A DNA stretch of 64,000 bases from NCBI GenBank assembly GCA_965240325.2, contig OZ251224.1, forward strand, positions 1,116,001-1,180,000, in the 5' to 3' direction. The stretch's first letter is position 1; each line of letters starts with the position of its first letter. Below, piece by piece: positions 20,591 through 33,521 of the stretch. The position numbers and the translations under genes were made by a program. The notes below the pieces were generated by a model that was not told where the DNA came from, did not search any database, and saw only the letters and a program-made list of their open reading frames with translations. Source of the stretch: Rebecca billardiae RCC1528 (Eukaryota; Protista; Haptophyta).

Positions 20591-21712
20591 ATGAAGAAGG
20601 ACGCGAGACGTGCGTGCTCGCTACTCCTCGCGCTCATGCTCGCCGGCGGGGGAGCAGAAAACGACCGAAATACGGCAGCTCCTTCTGTTGTGCGTTGGGG
20701 CATCATGGGTACCGGCCGGATTGCCAGCGACTTCACGCGCGTGCTCACAACCCTCGCCGGCTGCGAGGTCTGTGCAATCGCATCGCGCTCAGCGGCGAGC
20801 GCTGACACGTTTGCAGCATCGCACGCACCCGCTGCGACGAGGCACGGGAGCTACGAGGCGCTCGCTGCGGACGAAGATATCGACATCGTTTACGTGGCGA
20901 CCCCCAGCTCGCGCCACGTGCAGGACGCCGCGCTCTGTCTCACCCGCGGCAAGCACGTACTCGTGGAGAAGTGCATGGCACCCACCGAGGCTGACGCGCG
21001 CGCACTCCTGCGCGAGGCACGCCTTGCGGACCGCTTCCTCCTGCACGGCGTGTGGTCGCGCTTCTTTCCAGCCATGCGCAGGGTGCGCGAGCTCGTGCGG
21101 GCGGGCGCGATCGGCCGTGTCACCTCGGTGTCCGCCTCCTTCTGCCAGGCGGAGGGCGCAGGCTCGTGCAGCGCACTGCTGGAGACAGGCATCTACGCGA
21201 TCCAGCTCGCTCTGTGGGCCTTTGAGGGCGAAGAGCCGGCCGGCGTGGACGGCGTGGCGGCCACCGTGAACCCGAACGGGATGGATGAGCACGTCGTCGC
21301 GCTCATACGCTTTCCGAGCGGGATTGCGACCGTGGAGTGCTCGCTCCGGCACGCGAGCAAGCGCGCGGCGTACGTGTGTGGGACTGAGGGCGTGATCGAG
21401 CTGCCGTACCCGTTCTGGTGCCCCACGCAGCTCCTCGTCACGCGCATGACCGGAACAGCGAGTCAGGACTGGGACGGGCCCCATCAGGAGACATTTGCAC
21501 TGCCAGCTCCCCCCGAGGGCACGGCAGAGCGTCCACTCAACTACGTGAACAGTGAGGGCCTCCTGTACGAGGCTGCTGAGGCCACCAGGTGCGTGCGCGA
21601 CGGCGTGCGGGCTGCGCCCGACTTCGACGATGACGAGTGCATGCGCGTCATGCACCTTCTCGAGCTCATTCGGGCAGAGGTGCAGCGCCAGCATGTGCCA
21701 GCTAAAGCTTGA
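20591..21712 (+). CDS. Gfo/Idh/MocA oxidoreductase (dihydrodiol dehydrogenase-like)
   Basis: VRWGIMGTGRIA, DIDIVYVATPSSRH, GKHVLVEKCM, WSRFFP. Confidence 0.92.
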   Translation: MKKDARRACSLLLALMLAGGGAENDRNTAAPSVVRWGIMGTGRIASDFTRVLTTLAGCEVCAIASRSAASADTFAASHAPAATRHGSYEALAADEDIDIVYVATPSSRHVQDAALCLTRGKHVLVEKCMAPTEADARALLREARLADRFLLHGVWSRFFPAMRRVRELVRAGAIGRVTSVSASFCQAEGAGSCSALLETGIYAIQLALWAFEGEEPAGVDGVAATVNPNGMDEHVVALIRFPSGIATVECSLRHASKRAAYVCGTEGVIELPYPFWCPTQLLVTRMTGTASQDWDGPHQETFALPAPPEGTAERPLNYVNSEGLLYEAAEATRCVRDGVRAAPDFDDDECMRVMHLLELIRAEVQRQHVPAKA

Positions 21713-22012
21713 GGCACGATGACCTAACCTGGGTCACGGTGCGACGCTCAGGCCCGCTCGCGTTGCGACGAGGCCGGAGGTTCGTCACAAAGCCTACGAC
21801 GAGTCATGTTTAGCTATGCGGGCCTCAGGCGGCCGGAGCATTCCAACTACGAACGCCGAGCGGTGAGGTGCGGAAGCGCCGCGGTTCAAGCGCCGCAACT
21901 CGCAAGGCCGCCGGCAAGGCCAAGCGTGAAGCGGCCGCGCACGCGGCCTGCGCCGGCACGCGGTGAGCCGCGGCGTGAGCCCGACGGGCACGAGCCGCCG
22001 GCTTATAGTCAG

Positions 22013-22145
<133 letters not shown>

Positions 22146-22759
22146 TACCGCCGGAAATTCTACTAGTACTTAGTTACTGGCCACCGTCATTGTTATCGGC
22201 TCGAAGTATAATACTCATCATAAATATTATTAAATAAATAATTAGTATTATTATGATAATTCTAACTGTGTGGGTCTAGTCACACTCATCACATTCTCCA
22301 ATGACGAGCCTGTTAGTGTACTAGTTACTTACGGTTTTAATCCCGAGGGTGCCAGGCTGGGTCTGGGAAAAGTCCGAGGCAATTCTGCCGCCCCCTGCAC
22401 CTGCAACGGCGGACCAAGTCTGTAACTCGTCCTGAGCCAAGTATTCCACCAGCGCAGCGGCGCAGCTGCGCGTTCGTCGGGCGTACATGTAATCACCGGT
22501 CGACGAGGCTGCACCGCTGCACGACTTCCGCTCGGTCACCATGGACGACCCGCGTCGCGGAGGTAAAAGTGGCAGTAGCTTGGCGTCGCCGCCAGCCTCC
22601 ATCCACGCTACAAACTGTGTCCCGGATGGGACGCCCGAAAGTGCGCGAAGGTGTCTGCCCCAGCTCTTGCTGTGCATCCCACCGTGAGTCGCGGGAAGAG
22701 CCTCTGCCCGCGCCGACGCAGGGCCCGCGCGCCCGAGCGCCGGCGGGCAGATGGGACGA

Positions 22760-23899
22760 TCACGACTGCTTGCTGCCATTACCAAAGGGGTTGAAGCTGA
22801 AGGCTGACCTGTATAGGCTCGGCGAGTCGGTGCCAGCGCCACCAGACCTCGACGTGCCGAGCGGCGGGGCGTTTGGTGGCGGGCGGGGCGAGTTCGAGCC
22901 GGAGCCATTGCTCGTCTTCGCCTTGACCCGCTGCGGCACCCACGCAGCATCCCACACGAATGTGCCCCCCAGGAACGTGGGCACGCGGTCTCCTTGCAGG
23001 CCTGCGTACTGCGCGCGTGGGTGGGCGCGCGTGGTCGGGGGGTGGTGCGAGGCATCAGCGCGCGTGCATGTGCGCGCTCGCGGCGTTTGCACAAAGAGGC
23101 TCGTGCGCTGCGCTCGCGCTGCGGCGCCCCTCGAGGGCGTGGCCGGCCTGGCCCGGCTGTAGGGGGCGCGCGTGCGAGCCGCCGCGCGCACCTTGATGAG
23201 CTTGTCCACATTCTCCGCCATCTTGACCTTCTTTATCAGCCGCTCCGAGAGCAGCGGGCTGAAGCCCTTGTACAGCGTCGCGATGAAGGAGGGCGGGTGC
23301 GTGACGACAACGGTTTGGATCAGCTGCGGGAAGAGGAACTCGGACAGCTTGCTCAGCTTGCCCTGGTTTTGCACGAGCTTGGAGTTTTGCATCGCAAACT
23401 GGAAGTTGAGGCCCGTCAGGTCCTGGATGATGACGAGCTTGATCAGCCGGCCCGACTCGCGCGTGAGCTGGTCGCAGATGCGGTAGGCCACCTCGCGGTT
23501 CGAGATGCCTGCCTCGTGGTGCCACTGCTCCGACTTGGTGGCCCACGTCGTCACGTCGACGGCGAACGGGATGGCCACCTGAATCGGTTGGCCCTGGTTG
23601 GTGCGCCACGGCAGCATCCCAGTCGGGATGATCGTCTTCACCTCCGCCTGCAGGTCGTCGATCCGTGAGAGGATGTCTGTGTTCTCTCGCCGCCACTCGA
23701 TGGCCTGCTTGATCGCAACAGCTGCTTTTCCCACCTCCCGGAAGGAGATGACGTAGCGCAGCACAAAGAGCTCGTCGTGCTCCGGGCCAAGGATGGGCGC
23801 GACCTCCGGCTGGGCGCGGACTGCGGCGATGGCGTCTTTGTGCTCCTGTAGCAAGTCCGCGACGCGCGGGAGCTCGGCAAGCGCCTCTGCGTCACTCAT
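22760..23899 (-). CDS. CRAL-TRIO (Sec14-like) lipid-binding protein, 2 exons
   Basis: DELFVLRY..A..AIEWRRE, IIQDLTGL, FPQLIQTVVVTHPP, VPTFLGG. Intron 23009-23191. Confidence 0.88.
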   Translation of the reverse strand: MSDAEALAELPRVADLLQEHKDAIAAVRAQPEVAPILGPEHDELFVLRYVISFREVGKAAVAIKQAIEWRRENTDILSRIDDLQAEVKTIIPTGMLPWRTNQGQPIQVAIPFAVDVTTWATKSEQWHHEAGISNREVAYRICDQLTRESGRLIKLVIIQDLTGLNFQFAMQNSKLVQNQGKLSKLSEFLFPQLIQTVVVTHPPSFIATLYKGFSPLLSERLIKKVKMAENVDKLIKVRAAARTRAPYSRARPATPSRGAAARAQRTSLFVQTPRARTCTRADASHHPPTTRAHPRAQYAGLQGDRVPTFLGGTFVWDAAWVPQRVKAKTSNGSGSNSPRPPPNAPPLGTSRSGGAGTDSPSLYRSAFSFNPFGNGSKQS

Positions 23900-24172
23900 C
23901 GCCTTCCGCCTCCGTCAGCGCGCGCCCCCAGGGGATGAAGGAAAGGGCTGACAGGGGCGGCGCGCCAGCAAGGTGGGCGCCTGCCGCATCTTATTATTTT
24001 ACCCGTTCGAGCGGTCGCGCGGCCGCGAACTCTGAAATTGCTACTACTCGTCAGAATAAATTCGGGCAGTCCGGACCCAGCCTTTTTCTTTTGCTGAAGC
24101 TGGCGAGTTTTCCGCCGCGGAAGCGATAAAAACGGGTTCCGGTCCCGTAAAAGCGCGGGCGGGCGTTGGACG

Positions 24173-25800
24173 ATGGCTCCACCCCGACGACAGCGGGCTT
24201 TTAAGGCGCTAGTCGCATGCTTGTCGCTCGGCCCATGGGCGGCGGCAGCCGTGCGCGAGCACGGCGTAATATTCGACGCCGGCTCGAGTGGTAGCCGCAT
24301 CCACGTGTACACCTGGGAGAATGCCGGCGCCAGCAATCCGTTTGAGCTCGTGAGCGACGACCTGCTCAAGAAGAAGCCAGGTGCGCGCACGGGGCGCGCG
24401 AGCGCGCACGCGCGCGAGAGGGCGCCCGCCCCGCTGTGCGCGTTGTATCGGTCGGTCGAGACGCAATCCCGCTCCCGCCCCGATCCACCCCTCCCCGCCT
24501 GGCAGGGCTCTCGGCGTACAAGGACGAGACAGAGAAGGCGGGCTCCTCGCTCGAGCCGCTGCTCGAGTATGCGTACGAGAAGATTCCCGAGCAGGAGCGC
24601 AAGAAGGCGCCCGTCTACCTGATGGCGACGGCAGGCCTGCGGCTTGTGGGCGAGCAGAAGAAGGACGAGATCCTGCAGTCCGTGTGCAAGACGCTCGAGG
24701 CGTCGCCCTTCACTTTCAAGTGCCCGTGGGCGACGCTGCTGTCGGGGTTTGACGAAGGCCTGTACGGCTGGGTCACGGTCAACTACCTGATGGACGCGCT
24801 GCAAGCCTCCGCGCCCAAGTCGTACGGCATCATCGACCTCGGCGGCGGCTCGGTTCAGATCGTCTTCGAGCCGAAGGGCAAGATCCCCGCGGCCGAGAGG
24901 CACACGCTCCCGCTCTCGCACGGCACAAAGACGCTGTATGTGAAGAGCCACCTCGGGTACGGCCTCGACCAGAGCAGAGGCTCCATCGCCGCCGTCGCGG
25001 CCAAGGACGGGCGGCACGTGCACCCGTGCCTGCCGACAGGTGCGGCGTCTGCGCGCCCGCGCCACAGCGCACGCCGCGCACCCGTCGGCGCGCGCGCGCT
25101 CGTCGGCCCGGCTGACTCGCTCCTCCGCTGTGCGCGCGCGCGCGCGCCGCGCCGCGCTGCGCGCGCAGGGTACGCGGGCAAGGTGCGCACGAGCGACGGC
25201 GCTGAGGTCAAGTTCGAAGGGAGCAGCGACTACAAGGGCTGCGTCGCGCTCGTGGAGTCGATCTTCCCGACGGCCGAGTGCCCCGTCAAGCCGTGCTCCA
25301 TCCAGGGCGCGTACCAGCCGCCGATCAGCACCGACGCCGAGTTTGTCGGCTTCTCGTACATGTACGACCGCACGGGCGCGATCGGACTGCTCGACGGCAA
25401 GGCGGCGGTGTACGGTGAGCAGTCGGCGACGATCTCGCAGATCAAGGAGGCGGCGGCGCGGCTGTGCGCGACGAACTGGCACGCGGTCACGCGCCGCTTC
25501 GAGAGCAACCCCGAGGCGGACAAGGCGCACCAGTTCTGCGGCGACGCCGTCTACCTGCACGTCCTGCTCGAGCGCGGGCTCGGCTTTGCTCCCGACACGC
25601 GCTTCAGAATGACCAACAAGATCAAGGGCATCGAGCTCGTCTGGACGCTGGGCGCGATGCTGGCGAAGGTGCACGAGATGCACTCGGGCTCGTCCACCAC
25701 CACGGTCGTGATCGGCTCCATCGCCGCGGTCATCCTGCTGCTGCTCTACGTCTTCCGACAGTCCCTCTTCCGCGGGTACGGGCTGCTCCCTTTCCGGTGA
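24173..25800 (+). CDS. Apyrase/NTPDase (GDA1/CD39 family), 3 exons
   Basis: ACR motifs DAGSSGSR, ATAGLR, EGLYGWVTVNY, DLGGGSVQ, WTLGA. C-terminal TM segment. Introns 24381-24505 and 25040-25168. Confidence 0.95.
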
Positions 25801-26703
25801 GCGCACACACTGGCTGCGCGTGGGCCGGCGCGCCCGGCGGCTGATCGTGTGGGGCCTCGCCCCTTCCCTCCGCGCGCACCTCGCAGTTCTGACTATTGAC
25901 TGCTGGTACTCCCTCCGCGCCCGTGGCCCAGATAGGCGTCACCCACACGCGCACGGGGCGTACAGGAAGGTGTGAGACCCCGGTCCCAGCCGTGCCAGCT
26001 GGCCTGACGGGAGCACTTTCCGCAGGAGCCCTGCGCCGGCTGCGGCTTCGGCCTCGGGGGAGCTGCAGAGACCAGAGTGGCTGCGGCCAGCCGGGACGGG
26101 CTGAGTACGGCCCGCCGTGGGAGTTGGGCCGGCTGGCCGGCACGCGCAGCTTTGGCGCCGCCGCCTTTCGGGCTTTCGGCGGACAAATAAGTTTATTTAT
26201 TATAATAAGTTTATTTTTTAAAAGCTATAGCCTTTAATCGCGCAGGCGACACTGAGTACTGACACGGTCACGGGCGTCGTCCGCCATTGACCATTTACAA
26301 TTATTCAGTTGACGCCGTCCGCCCGTCCGACTCCGTCCCGCGTCGGAGACCGGTCCCAGACCCAGTCCCGGGCCGGCCACCGCCGGGGCCACGAGCGGCG
26401 AGGCGTCAATGCTCAGACTCAATGTCACTCCGCAGCCTCACTCGTAAGTTACTGCGCCCGTCTGCGCCGCAGCGCCAGCAGCCGACGCTCGACTGTCGAC
26501 CGATCTGACGTCATGTCACATGTGTCATGTGATGCCACATCGACGTCCGATCGTGTTCGTGAGTCGTGAGAGGCCTGTGGCCGTGTCCACGTGGCAGTGA
26601 TGCGTGAGCAGCGAAAGCCGGCCAGAACCGGCCAGGTCTCAGCCCTGACCACTCTCATTGGCTGCAGAAGGCCCGGCGCTGCGGGCCTTGTGAGCCAGGT
26701 CGG

Positions 26704-27611
26704 TCATGGCCCGTAGTCGCCATCGTCACCCTCGTCAAAGAAGACCTCGTTCATCTCCACGAATGCCCTCTCCAGCTCCGGCTTGACGCTGCTGACCTCA
26801 TCGTCGTCGAGGAGCGAGAAGCGCGTTCCGTCCACTTGCCTAGCGAGGATGAAGGTCGGCTCGAGAGGCTCGGCCACGTAGTACTGCTGGCCGGCGTGGA
26901 AGAACTTGCTCAGCACCTCCCACGTCGAGGGCAGCGCGCACACGCGCGGCGCGCGGTGGGGGAGCAGCACTCGTTGGATGCCAGGATCCGCGCACGCGGG
27001 CACGATGCGGCGCGTCTACGTGCGCTCGCAGGGTGCGCGGGCGCACTCACTTCGGCCCCGTCAGAGAGCTCGTCGAAGTCGAGCTCCTCGTCCTCGTCCT
27101 CGTCCTCATCAAAGTCGTCCGCTGCGTCGCCCTCGTTGTCAATGTCGTCCAGGTCGAACTCCTCGCTGTCCTCCTCCACGGTGAGCATGAATGGCGTCCG
27201 CTTGAGCTCGAAGCCCTCCTCAGCCAACGCCCCCTTCGCAATGTCGAAGAGCGCGTCTATTTCGTCGTCGGCCTCGATGGCGTGCAACCCCTCCGCCTCG
27301 TCCTCGGTGGTCGCGATGATCACAGGGATGTCCACCGGGTGTGCGAGCGCGTATCTATTGCCATTGAGCTCGGCTGAGCTCTCCATGTAGCATCGAATCG
27401 AGCGCTTTGTATTTGGACATTCGATCCAAATCATGATATCGAGATCGCCGCCGTCGACAATGTCGTCATCCGCCATGCACACCACGCGGGACCGCGCGCT
27501 CGGCACTGCACGAGCGTGCGCAACCACGCGTGATAAGCTCGGGGCGCGCGCTCCGGCGCTGAGCGCCGTCGCCAGCGGCAGAACAAGCGCCACAAAGCCA
27601 CCGGCGATCAT
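26704..27611 (-). CDS. DUF3727-like, probably plastid-targeted acidic protein, 2 exons
   Basis: Signal-plus-transit-like leader. YALAHPVDIPV, LKRTPFMLTV and YYVAEPLEPTFILAR resemble cyanobacterial/plastid DUF3727. Intron ~26917-27050. Confidence 0.75.
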
Positions 27612-27985
27612 GTGGAGAGACAGCGTACGGCACAGCCGTGGAAACGGAAGCTCGGCGTGCGGCGCACTCGCCGGCGACGACGCCGCGCCACACTCGCCCG
27701 CGACTCGATGTGTCCGGCCGCAGCGGCTGCCGCTCGACGCGAGGAGAGGCTGCCGCGACGTCGCCGCCCGCCAACTTGAAAATCGTCGTCGCTGATGATG
27801 ATGAAATGCGCTCAAATTGAAAATGCCAGCGAGAAAGCGCGCGGGCACGCGTGCCGCCGCCGGTCGTCGGCACGGTGCGATGTCATTGATCCGGGCCCAA
27901 TTTCAGGCCAAAGGCGAATTAAAAGGGCCTGAACATTAATCACTGAATAACTCGCTGAAAGCCAAGCTCTGAAGGCCCGAAGCAG

Positions 27986-29694
27986 CTACGACGACGCGCC
28001 TACCGCCATCTCGGCGGCCAGCTGTGGATGGCGCTCGACGGCACGCAGGACGATCTTCTCCGTCTTATGGCACACTCGCGCGATCGCCGCGTCCCAGTTG
28101 GTGATGGACTCCGACTCGGTCTGGAAGTCGATCATGGCGTCCACCTGGTCGATGGTGGCAGACATCCGTCCGTCCGATACCATCTTGGCGGCGATCTGCT
28201 CAGCCTGCGCTCCGACGCGCGTGTCGCAGGGTGGCAGGTGGCGCGGCGATGTGGTGTGAGCACCGCGCCCGCGCGACGGTGTGCCGCCGTCGTAGCCGTG
28301 CACTGGAGGGGCGCCTCATGCAGTACGAATACAGTTGGTGGCGCTCGAGCGCACTCGTCAAGCGGCGCACGCGTGGTGCGCGTCGGTGCCAGCATGTAAT
28401 CCTCGGCAGCCACGCACGCTGAGCGCCGCGGCACGGCCCACGCACCTGCTCCGAAGTGATCCCGACCAGCGCGCCCAGCTGGTCGAAGGAGATGTTGGTG
28501 TAGATCTTGCTCGCGCTCAGCATGTTGTGCTCGATCACCGCGCGGTCTAGCACCGTGCTCCCTGCGCGCCCGCGCGGCCGGCGGGGCAGGCATGGGAGCG
28601 GCTCGGTTGCGGCGCGCGGATGCACCACGCGCGCGGCAGTGCGCGCGGCCGGGCGCGCGCGCCGCGATCCGCTGCGCGCCGCACCGTCCTCCAGCCTCGC
28701 CATCTGGTGCGGCTGCAGAGTCTGCGCAAACCGCTCCACCTCCGCCTTCTCGAGCACCTGCTCGAGGAACGTCTTCTCGAGCACCGAGAAGGTGGGCAGC
28801 TTAGCGCAGCGCTCGTCCTTGTGCAGCGTGGCGAGGAAGCGCGAGCGCTGCGGGCCCGCCGGGGCGAGCATCGCGCACGTCACGGCGCAGCGCAGCGCCT
28901 GCATCAGCTCGGCCTCGTCCACCTTCTTGCCGCCGAGCTCGGTCGTGTCGATCTGCGAGAGCTGGTAGTACCGCAGCGCCGCCTCGAGGAACTTGCGCTT
29001 CGAGTCGAGGATGCGCGCGTAGCACACCTTGTGGCGCAGGCGCAGCCCCGAGTCCGTCTCGTTCGTCATGAGCAGCGACGCGCGGTTGATGTACGCCTCC
29101 GCCTGCACGGGCTCGTCGTCCTCGAGGTACAGCTGCGCGATGTGCACGTACTTCTCCACCTTGTAGTCGTCGTCGAGCACGCGGTTGCCCGTGTCGAGCG
29201 GGATCATGGAGAGCGTCTTCGCCGCGTCGGCCCAGTTCTCCTCCGCCTCGTAGATCGCCGCGAGCCGCTCGCGGATCACCGTCACCTGCTCCTCGAACGA
29301 GACGACGCGCGGCTGCAGCTTGTCGAGCGCATACACGGCGACCTGCTTGATCAGCGCGGTGTCGAGAGAGGGCAGCAGGCCGACGAACTCAGAGATCACT
29401 TGCCGCGACACGATCACGCTCGTGTCCTCCGACACCACTGCGCGCGTCGCGGCGAAGGCGTCGCGTTCCATCGTCACGCGCCCGCGCATGCGCCGCGCCG
29501 GACCCGCCGCGGCCGCGCCAATGCGCGCACGCCCGCGCACGCGGCGCACGCTGCCGCGGCGGCGCACTGTGATCGACGAGCCCATTCAGCTCTGCGACAC
29601 GGCCCTGCTGGAACAGCGACGCCTGCAGCTCCTTGTACCGGTCGATCCGCGTCTTCTGGTCCGCGATGGCCGTGATCGCCTCGAGCGACGCCAT
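27986..29694 (-). CDS. CSN4: COP9 signalosome subunit 4, 4 exons
   Basis: [69 protein letters not shown]. Introns 29438-29567, 28562-28684 and 28205-28445. Confidence 0.96.
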
Positions 29695-29872
29695 GGCCGT
29701 CGCCGCGCGCGCGCGTCAAAGCGCCCGCCAAAGCGCTCGCGCGCGCCTCCCGCCCGAGTGCGCAGGAGCAGTGCCAACGCCCAGCTGCGAGGGCAGGGGA
29801 TCTGCCGCCGCTCAGCCGCCTCCATCGCGCTCTCGCGTGGCGCGCTCTCGCGTGGCGCGCGGGGTTTTGACC

Positions 29873-31138
29873 ATGAGGCTCACGGAGCGAGCCCGCCACT
29901 ACGTGATGAAGCACGCCGCGTCGAGCCGCGAGGAGCAGGCCGTGATCGCCGCCACGAGCTATTCGCGCAAGTCGCCGAGCCCCGACGCGATCGCGTGTGT
30001 CGTCGCCGGGACGCGAAGCGACTCATCCCGCATCATCGACCTGATGCTCAACCGCGTCGACTTGGAGCCGGGATGGCAGCCCGTCCTCAAGGTGCTGCTC
30101 CTCGTGCACCGCTGCTTACAAGACGGCTCGATGCACTTCCTCTCCGAGCTCGACCTGGACCCCTCCCTCCTCCGCCTGGCTGGCTTTGAGGACAACTCGA
30201 ACGGCGAGTCTGTGCACATGTCAAAGCACGTGAGGCGCTACTCGGAGTACCTGGAGGGGGTGGTCATGGTGCACGGCGAGCTGCGTCGCATCGCTCCAAT
30301 CCTGAACCTCCACGTCGCCGCCCGGCGCGACACGCGCACCGAGGGCCTGGGCGACCTCGCGAGCGCGCCCGGCGCGCTGCTGCGGCTGATCGCGTGCCTG
30401 CACATGCACCTCTGCCGGCTGCTGCACTGCGAGCGCTGTGGCCGGCCGCGCGACCTGCCCGGCGAGGAGGACTGCCCCGTCGCGCTTTCGATCCTCGTGC
30501 TGCTGCTACGCGACGGGCTGCACGTGTACCGCCTGCTGTCGGAGGCCGTGATGCAGCTGCTGAGCGACGTCACCCGGCTGTCCGCGGAGCACTCGGTGCG
30601 CGCGCTTGACGCCTACCGCCACTTTGTGGAGGTGACGCACGAGTTCAACTCGATGTGCGGCAATATGCGCCGCTTGAGGGCCCGCGGGCTGCTCCACACC
30701 ACCGACATTCCCACGCTCAAGCCAGTGGATCACGAGCGCGTGCTCCGCGCTCTGAGCGCGCACTGCGCCCGCGTCGACCCTGATGGCGAGATCAGCAGGC
30801 GCATCGCCCGCGACGCGAAGAAGCAGGGCGTGAACGAGCGGAGGATGACGGAGGAGGTGGACGAGCTCGACCAGCTGCACCAGCTGCGCACGTGGTCCCA
30901 GCGTCAGTTCGGCGGGCCGCCCGGCCCCGCGGCGCAGCACGCGGACCCTGTCGAGGGCGGGGTGCTGCTTGTAGACCTCTCCGATGCATCCACAGACCGG
31001 CAGGGGGAGCGCGGCACGGCGCGGTCCAGAGAGCGCGGGGACTGGGACGGGCGCAGCGGTGCGACGGAGCCGGGGCATGCTGAACGAGCGGGCACGACGG
31101 CCGCCGATCCCACGATTGGCGACCTCATACAGCTCTGA
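29873..31138 (+). CDS. ANTH-domain (AP180/PICALM-like) clathrin assembly protein
   Basis: AVIAATS, W..VLKVLLLVHRCLQDG, MSKHVRRYSEYLE, ALDAYRHF. Confidence 0.82.
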   Translation: MRLTERARHYVMKHAASSREEQAVIAATSYSRKSPSPDAIACVVAGTRSDSSRIIDLMLNRVDLEPGWQPVLKVLLLVHRCLQDGSMHFLSELDLDPSLLRLAGFEDNSNGESVHMSKHVRRYSEYLEGVVMVHGELRRIAPILNLHVAARRDTRTEGLGDLASAPGALLRLIACLHMHLCRLLHCERCGRPRDLPGEEDCPVALSILVLLLRDGLHVYRLLSEAVMQLLSDVTRLSAEHSVRALDAYRHFVEVTHEFNSMCGNMRRLRARGLLHTTDIPTLKPVDHERVLRALSAHCARVDPDGEISRRIARDAKKQGVNERRMTEEVDELDQLHQLRTWSQRQFGGPPGPAAQHADPVEGGVLLVDLSDASTDRQGERGTARSRERGDWDGRSGATEPGHAERAGTTAADPTIGDLIQL

Positions 31139-31557
31139 TGGCGGCTATTTCTAATAGGCGGGCGGAGCCGCGGAGGCCGGTCCGACGAGGCGGCGCGAGT
31201 CTAGATGCTGACAAATCGAAAATATCGTAGTCTTAGACATTAGAGACTACAGTCGACATACAGAAGTCACACTCACAGACATCTGACATGCTCAATGCTG
31301 CAGTCTAACTCTAAGCTGACGACCGTAGCCACGGGGCCCGCGCTGGCCATGCTTGATGAAGCCTTGAAATTTATTAGCCCTTTAAGAATATATCTCAGAG
31401 TGATGCAGTCTCGTCATCAGCATTAGACTTATTAGTCCAGTCGTCGATGATGATGATATGCGCGCCGCCCGGATGATGGATTCACCAGCTAGCGCATGTC
31501 GACGAATCATGAGATGCTGTTAAACTAAACTCCTAATCAACTTCGCGTTCATCATCG

Positions 31558-33521
31558 TCAGTGTTGTGCTGCCGTGCCACTCGACGGGCCGTGTGCACCT
31601 GTCACGCCCACATCTGCGTCTGCTGCAGACGTGCCGCCCGACAGCTTGCCCTTTCGTCGCTTCGTCTTTGTGTGCCGCATGATGAGCCGCTCGGCCTGCT
31701 CCTTGACGTCGTGCGCCGAGAGCACGTTGTCCTTCGGCAGCTCGGGGTCGTCCTCGTCCTCGTCGTCGTCGTCATCCCCGTCGAGGTCGTCTTCGTTGAT
31801 GCGCACGTTGTTCTCCTTGCTCGTGAGCAGCAGCACGCGCTCGTCGGGCACGGTGGACATGATCGTGGCGGTGATCGTGGCGCGGGAGGCGACTGTGGGC
31901 GCCGTGTCCTCGGTCTTCGAGTCTCGCGTCGCCACCGCCGCCGCATCCTGCGTGCTCTGCAGCAGGCGCTGGATGTTGCGCACGCAGTACTCCAGGCCCT
32001 GCGGGAGGGAGGGAGGGAGGGAGGGAGGGAGGGAGGGAGGGAGGGAGGGAGGGAGGGAGGGAGGGAGGGAGGGAGGGAGGGAGGGAGGGAGGGAGGGAGG
32101 GAGGGAGGGAGGGAGGGAGGGAGGGAGGGAGGGAGGGAGGGAGGGCGGGAGGGAGCGCGCACGCGAGCGCGGGCCGAGTGAGCGCCCGAAGCGGGCGCGG
32201 GTTGCGCGACGCATGGCGCCTGGGCGGAGGCGCGCTCGTGCGCGCACCTCGAGCGTGCTCTCGTCCGTGTCCAGCGTCCCGCCAAAGCTGTCCAGGTCGA
32301 CGGGCGCCTTGGCGAGCAGGTCGATCATGTGCTGCACGCCCGCACGCGCGTCGACGAGCGTGCGTGTCGTGCGCTTGAGCCGCGCGTCGTGCTGCGCGTT
32401 CCAGCCCGAGTGCGCCGTGCCCGTGCGCTCGCCCGCGAGCAGCGCGTCGACGGGGCTCTCGCCATCGGCCCCGTCCCCGCCGTCCGCCGCCTCGGTCGGC
32501 GTCGACGGCCCGGCCTCGTCGATGCCGACGCCCTCGTACCGAAAGCGCTCGACCGCCTCGTGCGCCTCGAGCTTGGCCTGCTTCGTCGCGTTGATGCGCT
32601 TCTGCGAGTCCTTGGTCATCAGGTTGAGCATGTTGTACGTGTCCTCCTGCCGGAGGAACTTGCTGATGATGTCCTGCACGTCCGACGCGCCGGCCACGTG
32701 CTGGATCTGCTTGAACTGCTCGTCGTAGAAGGCGATCTGCTCGAGCTCCTCCTCGACGGTCGTCGGGTTGCGGATCGTGCGCTCGATCGAGGCCTGCGCG
32801 GCGTCGCGCGTGGCCTGGATCTCCTCGCGCCGCTGCGCCATGCGCTTCTCGTGGTCGACAGACTGCTCTCGTCGCTTCGCGAGGTTGCGCTCCCGCCGCA
32901 GCAGCTCGCGCTTCAGCTGCCGTTGCTCGTTGTGCGCGCTCGCCTCCGCCTCCAGCCGGCTGTGGTTGGCCTCGTCCTTCACGTGCGTCGCGTCGCGCAG
33001 CATGAGCTGAAGCTCCACCTCGTCCTGCTCCTTGGCGTTCGCGGCCGCCGTGACGCGCGAGAGGTCCCGCGTGAAGTACGCCCCCTCGCGCTTGAGCCGC
33101 TCGATCATCTGCAGGTACGTGAGGCGCGTCTCGTCCACCTCCTCAATCTTCTGCTCCATCTCGCTGATCTTGTCCTTGAGCTCGTCGAGCTCGTTGGTCT
33201 GCGGGAGGCCGGAGGCGGCGAACTTCTCCTGGTGCTGTATGGCCTCGAGATGCTGCTGCAGGGCGCGAATGCGCTGCCTCTTGTCCTCGCAGGCTGCGCG
33301 GTGCGCGCGCGTCGAGGGCAGCGCGCAGATCGGAAGCGTGAGCGCCAAATGCGCCATGGGCGAGGGCCAGGGTAGCTTTGGGCCGCGCGCGCGCACGAGC
33401 GCGTTTGGGCGCGCACACACGCACAGTGCCTCGTCTCGTCGTGCTTCCGACGGAGCGCCGACACCTCGTGCCGCAAACTCTCCTCATCGTCCCCACTCCC
33501 CACGTGAGACTTGCCCGCCAT
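31558..33521 (-). CDS. Outer dynein arm docking complex coiled-coil subunit (CCDC151/ODA-DC-like), 3 exons
   Basis: Coiled coil with TYLQMIERLKRE and YDEQFKQIQHVAGASDVQDIISKFLRQEDT. Introns 33294-33424 and 31999-32247. Confidence 0.7.
32003..32155 (+). repeat. (GGGA)n tetranucleotide repeat in an intron
   Basis: ~38 GGGA units with one interruption. Confidence 0.97.

Noticed and set aside
22321-22690. Small minus-strand ORF downstream of the CRAL-TRIO gene
   Set aside because: No recognisable motif; it may be 3' UTR.
23896-25806. 636-aa antisense ORF over the apyrase gene
   Set aside because: GC-driven shadow ORF.
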